A DNA stretch of 61,575 nucleotides, filler included, from Asterionella formosa (Eukaryota), in assembly GCA_002256025.1 (NCBI GenBank). It is 22 parts of 22 records of this genome, joined end to end, with 100 filler letters (N's around TTAATTAATTAA, not from the genome) between each part and the next. Parts side by side here need not be neighbours in the genome. Positions count along the whole stretch, not along the records: positions 22,473 to 25,177 come from NKIB01014925.1; positions 25,278 to 27,980 come from NKIB01014926.1; positions 28,081 to 30,783 come from NKIB01014927.1; positions 30,884 to 33,585 come from NKIB01014929.1; 18 more parts are not named here. The stretch is one strand, 5' to 3'. The translations under genes and the position numbers were made by a program. The notes beneath the pieces were generated by a model, which was not told the origin of the DNA, did no database searches, and was given only the letters and a program-made list of their open reading frames with translations. Numbering within the stretch: the first letter of the stretch is position 1; each line of letters begins with the position of its first letter. This document shows, one piece after another, positions 22,473-33,685 of this stretch.

Positions 22473-24365
22473 AACATGAAAAAGCAAAAATATTTCATAC
22501 TTTTGTTATGAAAGGAATGTTCCTATGTAAGCGAGGAAGACAGGACATTCAACCAGGAATTGCATTTCTGGCAACCCAAACTATCGAACCGAATGAAGGC
22601 GATTGGGCAAAATTAGTCAAGATCATGAATTTCTTGAAAGCAACTCAGAACGAGGTTGCATCTATGAGTGCTGATGACACTCAGAGCATTAAATGGTACG
22701 TTGATGCGGCGTTTGCAGTGCACAAAGATTTTAAAAGTCACACAGGAGCGACAATGTCACTTGGAAACGGAATTATTTGTTCTATGTCCACGAAACAGAA
22801 AGTGAACACTAGAAGTTCGAAATCCAAGATTTGGATGAAGAACCAGTAAATGAAACTGAAAATGAAGAGGCATTGTTAGAAGTCAATCCAAGCACTCAGG
22901 ATGGCACAGACCCAAATGTTAGAACTACAAGGTCTGGAAGAGTCTCAAGACCACCATCAAAACTAACTATGGTCCAAAATCATTTGCATACCCAAGCACA
23001 CTGTCGAGAAGAGTACACGACTGATAATGCGAAAGTGATCGCAAAGACAATGGGTTATATGAATGAGATGTGTATAGATAAAGAAGCATTTCACTTTGTT
23101 CAGTCATACAGCTTATGGAAAGGCCTCAAGAAATTTGGCCAGAAAGGAAGAGACGCTGCGTATAAAGAAATGAAACAACTACATGATAGAGTTGTATTTG
23201 AACCGATTAGGATTGAAGACCTAACTGATATTGAAAACCGACGTGCAATGGAAAGTCTAATTTTTTTGGTTGAAAAGAGAGACAAGAGCATTAAAGGCAG
23301 AGCATGTGCTAATGGCAGTTCGCAACGTGAATACATGGAAAGAGATGAAGTAGCTAGTCCAACCACCATGACTGAATCTGTTATGATAACAGCAACAATT
23401 GATGCGAAGCAAAATCGCGATGTTATGACTGCAGATATACCCAATGCATTTGTGCAAGTGGATATCAATGAGAAAGAAAAAGGGGAGCAAATCATTATGA
23501 AGATTAGAGGTTTACTTGTCAATATGTTGACAGAACTCGCTCAGCCCCAAGACTTATGAAAATATGTTGATTATGAAGGTAACAACAAGGTCCTATATGT
23601 TAAAAATATGTTGTTTATGAAGGGAACAACAAGGTCCTATATGTTAGGATGATCAAGGCATTATATGGCATGTTACAGTCATCATTATTAAATTACAAGA
23701 AATTTCGGAAGGATATTGAGTCAATTGGATTCAAGGTCAACCCATATGATTCATGCCTTGCAAATCGCATTCTTAATGGCAAACAGCACACAGTTACTTG
23801 GCACGTAAACGATTTGAAAATCAAGTCACGTGGACAGCAAAGTGAATGATCAATTTTTGGAATGGCTCAAAAAGAAATACGCTTCTGACGAAATTGGTGA
23901 GGTCAAGGTCATGCGTGGAAAGAAGCATGATTTTTTGGCAATGACACTAGATTTCTCTCTTCCAGGAGTGTTGAGGGTGGACATGTCCAAATATGTGAAA
24001 TCAATGATTAATGATTTTCCGGATAAACTTGAAGGTGTCGGAAAATTCCCATGGACAGATAAATTGTTCACAGTTGATACAAAATCAAAAGAAGCTTGAA
24101 TATGAAAAAGCAAAAATGTTTCATGCTTTTGTTCCTATGCAAACGAGGAAGGCAGGACATTCAACCAGGAATTGCATTTCTGGCAACCCAAATTACTGAA
24201 CCTAATGAAGGTGATTGGGTAAAATTAGTCAAGATCATGAATTTCTTGAAAGCAACTCAGGATGAGGTTGCATCTATGAGTGCTGATGACACTCAGAGCA
24301 TTAAATGGTATGTTAATGCAGCGTTTGCAGTACACAAGGATTTTAAAAGTCACACTGGAGCTAAA
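22473..24365 (+). mobile_element. Rearranged, frameshifted copia pol fragments of the same family as 1-2031
   Basis: RT C-terminus/RNase H start (22473-22820) is joined back to the pre-RT spacer, followed by a second RT and RNase H start. About 44-bp tandem duplication at 23559-23645; several frameshifts; HVDD mutated to HVND. Confidence 0.93.
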
Positions 24366-24386
24366 TCTAAGCCGCGAAATACGCCA

Positions 24387-24783
24387 CTTTTCGAAATTTC
24401 GTCTACGTATGAGTGTTAATTATGTGGTACTTCACATGCATTAATGCCACTCTTCACATAAAAAAGATTACTTTTAACGGTTTCATGTGAAGTTTTAACT
24501 GCTTCAAGTGAAGTTTTCACAATGAATTTTTAACACGAGACTGAATTAGTTGATGTTTTAAATAATTCATTTGACTTTTCGAAATTTCGTCTATGTACGA
24601 GTGTTAATTATGTGGTACTTCACATGCATTAATGCCACTCTTCACGTAAAAAGGTTACTTTTAACGGTTTCATGTGAAGTTTTAATGGTTTCATGTGAAG
24701 TTTTACCCTGTTTCATGTGAAGTTTTCACAATGAATTTTGAACGCGAGACTGAATTAGTTGATGTTTCAAATAATTCATTTGA
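24387..24783. repeat. Two tandem copies of a ~190-210 bp unit containing 21-bp sub-repeats (TTTCATGTGAAGTTTT)
   Basis: Copies start CTTTTCGAAATTTCGTCTA at about 24387 and 24575; directly follows the TCTAAG terminus at 24366. Confidence 0.9.
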
Positions 24784-25277
24784 AAGTTCAACTAAGATCC
24801 TGCTCTTGAGGCTAATACATTCACAACACGCATTTTACTTAATGAAATAGTAAGGATATTTGTGGTGTCTAATGTCATCCATCTGATATCAAAGATTTAC
24901 GGTTGTACACATCACATGAAGAACTCACACTTACCGGTAAAAAAGCTCCCTCTTCCCAGTTTTCATCTTATGTAGGTTATTACCGGTACTACGTAAATGT
25001 ACTACTAGCCAGTGGTAGGCAACCCAATTTTTTTACGTGATTATTATTACTCAAAATCAACACTGGTGGAATTATGTCTACTGATGAGGATGGTACCAGG
25101 TAGTATTGTTTGCCAAATATGTGCCGAACAAGGTCCATTATTTTAGCTACCGGTTATTCTTATTTTTCTCTCGCCAANNNNNNNNNNNNNNNNNNNNNNN
25201 NNNNNNNNNNNNNNNNNNNNNTTAATTAATTAANNNNNNNNNNNNNNNNNNNNNNNNNNNNNNNNNNNNNNNNNNNN

Positions 25278-25667
25278 CAACAAGGATTGGAACCATTGCA
25301 ACCGGAAGGATTTGGTGGCTCGATGGGCACAGATTTCCAAGCATCCGGTCTGAATGCAAGCCATGGAAAAGGCATAAATACCGACAATCATAAAGGTATA
25401 CGCCAGATTGCGAACTTGCTCGAGGCCATTGGTCTGTGCACCTGCAATTTTAGAGAAGGAGCTGGCGAAGAGGTAGGCAAGGATGGGGTAGACCATCCCA
25501 TTTCCCACACCTGCAATGCATCCCACCACAAACAGAGCCCGGACTCGAGTCCCCAGTGACCAAACAAATCCGAGGACATCAGAGACGCTGGCCATGGGCT
25601 CGCTTGCCTTCTTCTTCTTCTTGTCATTGTCGGATTCCGACGGAGACGTTTCTGGAGGAGCACTCAT
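25278..25667 (-). CDS. 5' part of an ABCB (MDR/P-glycoprotein-type) ABC transporter
   Basis: MSAPPETS...VGCIAGVGNGMVYPILAYLF...FMIVGIYAF...IQTGCLEICAHRATKSFRLQWFQSLL is typical of the first ABCB TM domain. Confidence 0.88.
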
Positions 25668-27111
25668 CTTGCTAGGCGCCAGATGTGTTGACAATATTGA
25701 GAATACTTGGTACAAAGGGCGAGGAACTGATTACAATAATAATATATTATAAGCCCTGAGAGGTGGCTGAGGATGAAATGATGATTCAACAAATGCCATT
25801 TCTCTTACCGGTATCCACATTCGTAGAGGGTCTACGTCCTTTCTTTTGGTACCTGGTACCTGGTACCAGTAATTGGTTACCGGTACCAGGTACCTGGTAT
25901 CTGAGGATGGTGGGATCGAATGGAGGTACATTTTCGTACATGGCAAATTTTGATCGACTACCGGTATTCTGGTAGGACATCTGATAATAGTTGCTGCACA
26001 TAGTGACCTCGTCTGGTACTCATTATGGTTCTTGTTGTGCTCGGGAAGAATTCCCTCCAACCATGTATGAACTTCGTTATGATGTGACGATCTCTCAACA
26101 GATAAGTACCGGTATTGGTAGTCTACTACTATTTGAATATCGTCTACCGGTATGAATATCTCATGTTAAATACCAGGCGTCGGATTCAAGAAAAGAACCT
26201 TGTAGATGTTCGTCACATCCAGCGGAATCTTCGTATTACAAAAGTGAAATTTTTTTTCGTAGAACAAGACACACTAAAGTCGTGTAAGAAGTACCTGGTA
26301 CCATTTTAGTAAGTAAGTACTACCATGTATGTACCTTTCTGGCAAGTTGTTAAAACTCTACATGGCTGGATATATGTTGGTGATGGCTCACCGGTATGTT
26401 TCATACACGACCATTTGTTGCTATCCTTTCCAAACCAAGAAGCCAGCAAGTGAAACTACAGGTACACCAGCAGCTGACGGCAATTTATATTCTACATAGT
26501 GCTTTCCCCCAATACATCCATGTCGCACATGCATTATTGTTAGGCATAAGTCGTACTTCAATGGAGCACCGGTAGGGTTGTTTGTCGCGAAGCTCTTGGA
26601 GGTTCCAGGATGCAGATACAGACGACTGACTACCAGGTACCAGGCGTCATCATCCATCAGCCACGTGAATTTCAGTATGCATATACAAATATTATTTCAA
26701 CATCATGGCTGTACAGGGTACTGTGGTAGACTAGACTAAAGGGTAAACTGGTCACCAGGTACCAGGTAGTCAGTCTAGCACCAGGTACCAGGGTAGTCTA
26801 GCGGGAATTACGTCATGTTGATACATCACGAATGAATTTTTCTTATGTACCTCACCAGTATGTACATGTCAGACGAAGCGTCCTGGTACCAGGTGCCGTG
26901 GTTTTGGTACGTACCATTCATTTAGTATTCGACCACCCTCGCCTGGTCTACCGGTAAAGGTATCGCCTTTCTATATGTGTACCGGTATATGTACAAGAAT
27001 GAAAATGTTCTTCTTTCTTGATCAAATTAATTTAGTATAATTAATTGGGGGTACAAGGTCATTATGCTTTCGAATACACTATGCGTCAGAAGCATTTGGT
27101 CGCGCCTAACA

Positions 27112-27400
27112 GGTAAAGTAATACGAAAAGAGTTTCTGTAGTACAAACAGAGTAAAAATTATCACGGTTTGGGTGGAAAATATACTCATGTATGAATAAA
27201 AAATATGCACTGTAAGCCACTGCTATGCAACAAATCTGCATGGCTTTATACTCTGAATCAAAATTGATTACTTATTCATTGAGTAGAATGGCTGCATTGT
27301 CTAACATACTCTTTGTACTTTCACCAGGTTTCGATTGATAAAATACTTAAATATTTTCAGTCGGAAGGTGGAGTAAAATAATGGTGGCGTTTAGTTCTTA
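27112..27400. repeat. Dispersed non-autonomous element with internal inverted-repeat module; more decayed copy of 44915-45230
   Basis: Colinear with contig 17; left IR ACTGTAAGCCACTGCTAT at 27209-27226, degenerate right IR at 27378-27395. Confidence 0.8.
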
Positions 27401-27500
27401 ACTGGTAACCAGGTAGTACAGTACCAGTAGTCATATTATATAGGTACCCGGTAGTGCAAAAATATTGGAGGTGTAGTGCCCCCAGTGCCCCCGCCAGTAC

Positions 27501-27505
27501 AAAAA
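27501..27505 (-). terminator. Pol III oligo-T terminator of the 5S gene
   Basis: TTTTT on the minus strand at the 5S 3' end. Confidence 0.8.
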
Positions 27506-27621
27506 GAACAACACCCGGGATTCCAACGTGGTCCCCCACCGTAGTACTAACCGGGCCCGATGATGCTTGACTTCGCTGAGCAGACGGGAAGCGGTATTGT
27601 CATCATGGTATGGTCGTTCCT
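27504..27621 (-). rRNA. 5S rRNA: Nuclear 5S ribosomal RNA gene
   Basis: Minus strand AGGAACGACCATACC...CCCGTCTGCTCAGCGAAGTCAAGC...GGTTAGTACT...GGGGGACCACG...GTTGTTCT; about 118 nt, ends pair to form helix I, box A/C-like motifs present. Confidence 0.96.
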
Positions 27622-29809
27622 GTCCGTGCAACAAATTACTAAATATTTGAATGCAACACTAGTCGAGCTCCTTCATGTTCTGTGTTGGGTGAACATGAAT
27701 CAGGACTACTCCATATTTCATTAAAAATTTATTTATTTGCTGCTACAGCCAGCAACAGTACAAGCTTGGAGGACTAGATATGTATTATAACTTAGCTGTA
27801 AGTTAGAGTCTATCATTGTTGTGGTGTCCTGAACAACTATTTAGTGTTACTTCTCCCATATTATTGTGGGACTATAGTGTCTTCCTTGTTTTCCCCACCA
27901 GCATCACACATTTCAGAAAGAAAATACTGGAGAGTAAATTATTGTTACTCAAATACTTGAATATGGAGGATTCTCATGCTNNNNNNNNNNNNNNNNNNNN
28001 NNNNNNNNNNNNNNNNNNNNNNNNTTAATTAATTAANNNNNNNNNNNNNNNNNNNNNNNNNNNNNNNNNNNNNNNNNNNNTCCGAGATTTCCTTTTCTCA
28101 GGTCTTCTCATTAATTTTGTATTGTAGATAGAAATAATCCAAATAATATAAGTTATCAAGCGAGCTATTGCAGACTAAATGGTGTCGCTAATTTGGTAAT
28201 ATCTTGAAAATTGATAAAATTTACGCATGTATGCCAAGACTATATAATTTACCGCTATAAATAGCTACCAGTATGTAGTCATATAAATAGAGTGAGTTGT
28301 ACCTGTGACTAGTCGTAGCCAGTATACATGTACATGGCTCACACATCATGTAATATATCCATCCAGTAATACTAATTGTTGGTGTAACAGCAGGTGGTAT
28401 TCACATTTAGCCTGGAGGTATCATGCATCACCTTTTGGAACTAAACATTAATACCTTACTATCACCTCGCTCAGCAACACTTGGAATTGTACGTGATGAT
28501 AACTTTTCGTAAACAGTCCACAACTCCGAAATGTCTAGTTCTTCCAACTCATCTCCTAATTCCTCGCTCTTCTGAGGATGAAAGCGTCTTGCAGAGTTTA
28601 GGAGATTATAGTTTGTCAGATGATAGAGATTCACCTTCTGGAAAGAAAGTGGTTTCTGAGACCAGTAGCTTGTCCATCCTGCCATTGTCCCCTGTAGGCG
28701 ATACTCCAGCATGCATACTACACTGACCATATTTCTCTTCCACTTAGCGACATTTCTTGCTACTGGGAACCAGAGTGACCCACCTTCATTCATCATATAG
28801 ACAGTGACTGATTATTGTTAAGCTTGTCTCAATGCTGTCAAGAAGGTTTGGCAAACACCTGCATGTGAAAGAGCCGATTTCAAAGAGTGAATTGATGATG
28901 TTTTCTATTTAGAAGTAGTATGAAGAACTTCAGCGCCTGTTGGCAGCAGGTAACACAATGAATACTTCCCTAGAAATAAGGGAGTTCAAATGCGCTATCA
29001 AACAAATCATAAATTTATGTATCAAACAAGAGGAAAGTGCCAACCTCAATTTGTGGAGATATTTGATATTTTCATCTTGGTCCAGGCTGAGGCAGCCTTT
29101 TGGAGGATGCTCCAGGAACGAACAATGACTACCTACTTTTCAAATTACTCCAAGAGTGAGAATTTTCTGACAGGAAATCAACTGTTGACAGGAATCATCT
29201 AAAAAGAGTTGCTAGTATCTGAAACAATTTGCAAATTCATTGCATTCTCTTCAATACGAATAGAAGTTACCTGTAAAAATAATGTTGAAGATAATCTGTA
29301 TACTGTGGGTTTCATTGGGAAGGGTTGATTGTCGAATTACTAAAGGTAACAAGGCATTAGAGAATTTGCTGTGGCCTAAATGATGATCTACAAGAGATGT
29401 TGGGATCAATTTGCTTTAGCTAGAGGCAATGTTTAATGTCAAGCAACCTTTATTCTTTTCTTGAAGACCTATGGAATGATTTTATTGAGGCATTATGTAT
29501 GATGCATGCTTGGCTTGGTTTGGCTTCGAATAGAAATCATTTCCTAGTACCTTTGGCCATTTGTCGCTTTTCCGAAGATCCGAGGCACGCAAGGTTATCA
29601 TGAGATCACCATTCAAGGTGAAACGTCAACTTTCTGATTAAAGTAAAGCAATTTCTCATAAATTTCATTCTAATGAACTAAATGAAAGCATACTAGAAGT
29701 ATTATAAATAGACTAAGCAAGGGTGCAATGACATTGTTGTACTAGTCAAATGAATTTATGATCACAATTTCCTTCAACCTAAAGCATCAACAAAAAGCAT
29801 ACCCAATTG

Positions 29810-30077
29810 AATCAAGCTGATAGCTTCATTCAAAACCTTAAAGATTTTGGTTTGTTTTATCTCGGCATTGAAAGTAGCTATTTGGGCTTCCTTGCCGGTG
29901 TAGAGATTTTTCAACCAAGACCTGATAGGAAAATTCATTGTACTTAGACTGGAATTATTGATCTAATTCTTTCAGATATCAAATTATCTGATTCATGGTC
30001 TGCAAAAGAAAGATCTGCTGAAAAAATCTTAGAACCTACAATGATTCAATGAATCATGGAATTTCGGATCAGTTTTT
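29810..30077 (+). mobile_element. Highly decayed copia reverse-transcriptase remnant
   Basis: FIQNLKDFG...GFLAGVEIF...PDRKIHCT*TGIIDLIL...NESWNFGSV resembles the copia RT C-terminal region (FLGVEI, TQ.GLI, W.Y.SV). Confidence 0.55.
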
Positions 30078-30883
30078 CTGTATCAGCTTTTGGCCATGTG
30101 GTGTATCTCTCATCATATTTTGCGCACCAGCCTTCACCAATAATCATCAATTTTTAAGGCTTGGAATTGATCTTCTCAGTTCTAATGAGGTTTTGGCGAT
30201 TAATTATTTTTGTTCATACCTTGTGAAATTTTGTGATAGGTGACTGAACATCAAGAAGCATACAAAACACCGAACTCCTTGCTCATCGCATTGAATACAA
30301 TCACAATTTTTTCCATGCCAGCTGTGACTTGTGCGATTTTTCTTCATTCCATATTCGCATATGTTAGCATTGCTCATAATCTCTATTTTCGACAACTTTA
30401 TCCTCTCACTGCTACACATTACTAGAGCATTTCCCATTATTGCAATATGGGCATACATCCTAGTAGTGTCATTTGTGTGACAATTGCGATATTTGACTGA
30501 CACGGCAATTCCTGTCCACTCAATGGTGGTCCTATGCAACATAAAAATGCATGCTACATTCCAAATAAAAATTAGCTAAACAAGTTGAAACCTCATGGCA
30601 TTCACTCACTCATTGCTAGACCTGTGAGGAGCATTCCTTTTATTTATGCTAAGATAGGTATTTATGTTGCATTTCTTTAGATGTGTGTGGTTGGACACAA
30701 ACTTATCAAGAAAACCATGACAGTGTAGTCCTATATCACATGATTTTGCTATGATGAACCAACAATCAACCACAAGTATCTGANNNNNNNNNNNNNNNNN
30801 NNNNNNNNNNNNNNNNNNNNNNNNNNNTTAATTAATTAANNNNNNNNNNNNNNNNNNNNNNNNNNNNNNNNNNNNNNNNNNNN

Positions 30884-31270
30884 AACTTTCCCGCCGGAAG
30901 TTAACTGCTGATGATGCTGCATAGAGTTGACACACCGGCATTTATTTAAATCGTCGTCAAACCCACCTATGTCGACCAATCGTCGTCCGAAAAGTCGACA
31001 AAATTGGCATTTCCAACTGTCTCCAAAATATTGGAATCAGAATCACCATGTGCTGAAACGACATCATCGGAATAGGAGTCTCGTGAAGGAATTTTTAGTC
31101 GTAAATATTACAGTACTCCGTCCTGGTATATTGCGTTCTCGCCAATTTCAAATGATTCAATTAATTCAAACGGCATCATTGTTATTCACAATTAGCTCCT
31201 ACAAAATCTTAATTTCCAGGAAATTCGGCAACCCTATATAACGCAAATTTTTTAATTTTGCCCGGGGGTT
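30884..31270. repeat. End of an unclassified dispersed element linking the contig-3 and contig-4 repeats
   Basis: 30884-31080 is the reverse complement of about 10395-10580, and 31130-31270 is the reverse complement of about 6247-6392. Confidence 0.75.
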
Positions 31271-31636
31271 TTCACATGCAGGGAACCGATTCACTGCCGT
31301 CGCAATCGCAGTCGCTTGAAGGGCAGGATTGGACCGTCACCCTGTCACCTGTACTACCAGTCCCTGGTACCTGGTATCTCCATGGTACGACAGCAAACGA
31401 CATGATTCGTATTCGAATCACTAATGGTTTCATGGGCAATAGATATTCGGGAATCAGTTGCAATACAGTATGTACTACATAGAAATTGGAAATTTATCAA
31501 CATCGGATCATTACATGATGCCGGGTCACCTCGTTTCTATCTCTTTTCGATTCACGTCACGGAAACTAATGAACGAGCGACTCATAAAATTGCTAGACGA
31601 AAATTTAGCAAGAAACTGACAATCGAGTGAATAAAA

Positions 31637-32698
31637 ATGAAGTTGTTATCCATCCTCCCCCTCGCCTTCGCTGCTGCTCCAGCAAGGGCTGGACTTCGCC
31701 AATTGCAAAGCCCACATTTCACAAATGTCAAAGACGCCATTCAATATGCTGTTGACAATATCACATCGATCGTCGAAGCAGATAAGCGGATTGGCTACAA
31801 GTTCGTCCGTCTCGGATTTCATGATTGCGTTGGAGGATGCGATGGATGCGTCGACCTTCTAAACCCTGATAACAAAGGGCTCGACGTACCCATCAATATC
31901 CTAAGTGACATTGTTACCAATTGTGCTGTTTTGAATATCACTCGAGCTGATATCTGGGCACTCTCTGCCATGGTTTCTGTTGATCTGCTGAAAAGCGAAC
32001 CAGATGTTGTCTTTCCCTTCAATTGGTACGGTCGCCCCACGTGTGACCAGCTCCAGGCCCAGTTCCCATGTAAAGCTGGGAACTGCGGCGCCACCCGCGG
32101 CCCGGAACGTAACTTACCTTCCCCAAATTTCGATACCAAACAAGTCTTGACCTATTTCAAGGACCAGTTCGGATTTACAACCTCCCAGACTGTGGCATTG
32201 ATGGGTGTCCACGCTATTGGACTTGTTACCCGAACAAATTCTGGTTTCGTCGGACAGGGTTGGAGCAAGTCTACATCAATACTGAACAACCAATACTATA
32301 AGGCTCTGGTAGGTCCAAACAACACCCTTCAAAGTCGAATAAAGCAAACACACTTATGGCAACACCGCGAAATAGTCAACACGGATATCGTTGATATGCC
32401 GAATCGCCATCAGTGGACTTTTGATAACCTTATTATGCTGAATTCCGACATTGCCTTGGTCCGGAATTTCACTGGACGAATGAATACCACGTCTGGTAAA
32501 GTCCTTTGCGACTTCCGAGGAGTTCGTCGCTGCCCCGCAGCACGCACAACAATACTACTCATGCAAAAGTTCCGAAATGACAACTTGCATTGGTTGACAG
32601 AATTCAGTAATGTCATGAAATTAATGTTGGAGTATCCTGTCGATACAAGCACTCTTTCTTGCTCAGTCGATGGACTGTGCCACCTTCCACCGAGGTGA
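31637..32698 (+). CDS. Secreted heme peroxidase (peroxidase-catalase superfamily), complete and intronless
   Basis: 353 aa; signal peptide MKLLSILPLAFAAAPARA; distal RLGFHDC, TRADIWAL, YGR, LPSP, proximal ALMGVHAIG, NNQYY and MLNSDIAL. Confidence 0.92.
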   Translation: MKLLSILPLAFAAAPARAGLRQLQSPHFTNVKDAIQYAVDNITSIVEADKRIGYKFVRLGFHDCVGGCDGCVDLLNPDNKGLDVPINILSDIVTNCAVLNITRADIWALSAMVSVDLLKSEPDVVFPFNWYGRPTCDQLQAQFPCKAGNCGATRGPERNLPSPNFDTKQVLTYFKDQFGFTTSQTVALMGVHAIGLVTRTNSGFVGQGWSKSTSILNNQYYKALVGPNNTLQSRIKQTHLWQHREIVNTDIVDMPNRHQWTFDNLIMLNSDIALVRNFTGRMNTTSGKVLCDFRGVRRCPAARTTILLMQKFRNDNLHWLTEFSNVMKLMLEYPVDTSTLSCSVDGLCHLPPR

Positions 32699-33685
32699 TA
32701 TTTTTTCTTTTCACATCAAAAGTACATATATATTGGACTTAACATATATTCTCCTTTACAAAATGGGGCTTGGTGCTAATTTAAGAGTATCATAATGTGT
32801 TTGAAATCCATTACTTTAACCATCTTGCAGTGTGGGTACTGCATTTAAGACAATATTGGGTCAGTCTCGTTTCCCATCTATCTGGGCGCAAAAGAATTAA
32901 TGAAGCCATGATGATACAGCCATTATTAAGAGCCAACTCTGACAGTTTGAAAAGGTAAACTTTCACCTATTTCAAATACATTGCACCACCTTTCTAGGAA
33001 TGACTGTCAAACTGTTTTGCAATGCTGCATTTCTTCATAGATAGCTAAAACTGGTCTTCTATGAAACATGCGTTTATTTTCAAATGGATACCAGCCAGCA
33101 GCACAAACACTCTTTGAACATTTTGACACACTGTTCCTATCATGATCCTCTTTGTCAAGAGAACAGTACTGCCTGAACCTCCCGCAGTTAGAGAATCCTG
33201 AAACTTCAAGTGTCAAAAATAGATAATAACAAAGCCACAATCTTGGCAAGGTATACGTGGTCCCTAAGGGCTGATCTTAACAGAGATACAATTTTTTTAA
33301 ATTTTTTTGCATCTTCAGGAAAAACAAAAATTACTGAATAAGAACCTGGCTCAATAACGGCAAATCAGATTGACTTTTTTCGTGTCTCTGCAAACATGTG
33401 CATCAGATTCAGCAAAATTATAGCGATGTGGTATAATCAATCCTACTGCGCTTCACTTTTACAAACTAATGCCATTGCAGGATTTTTTGGATGCAAGGGA
33501 CTAATCATTCGACCTAACACATGAGCGCCTGTCATCGAAATGGTAAACAAGGCACAACACAATAACTAGTAAGCTAGAATCAGCCNNNNNNNNNNNNNNN
33601 NNNNNNNNNNNNNNNNNNNNNNNNNNNNNTTAATTAATTAANNNNNNNNNNNNNNNNNNNNNNNNNNNNNNNNNNNNNNNNNNNN

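Noticed and set aside
33007..33249. 80-aa ORF with signal-like N-terminus (VSG-FS)
   Set aside because: Non-ATG start, short, no recognisable domain.
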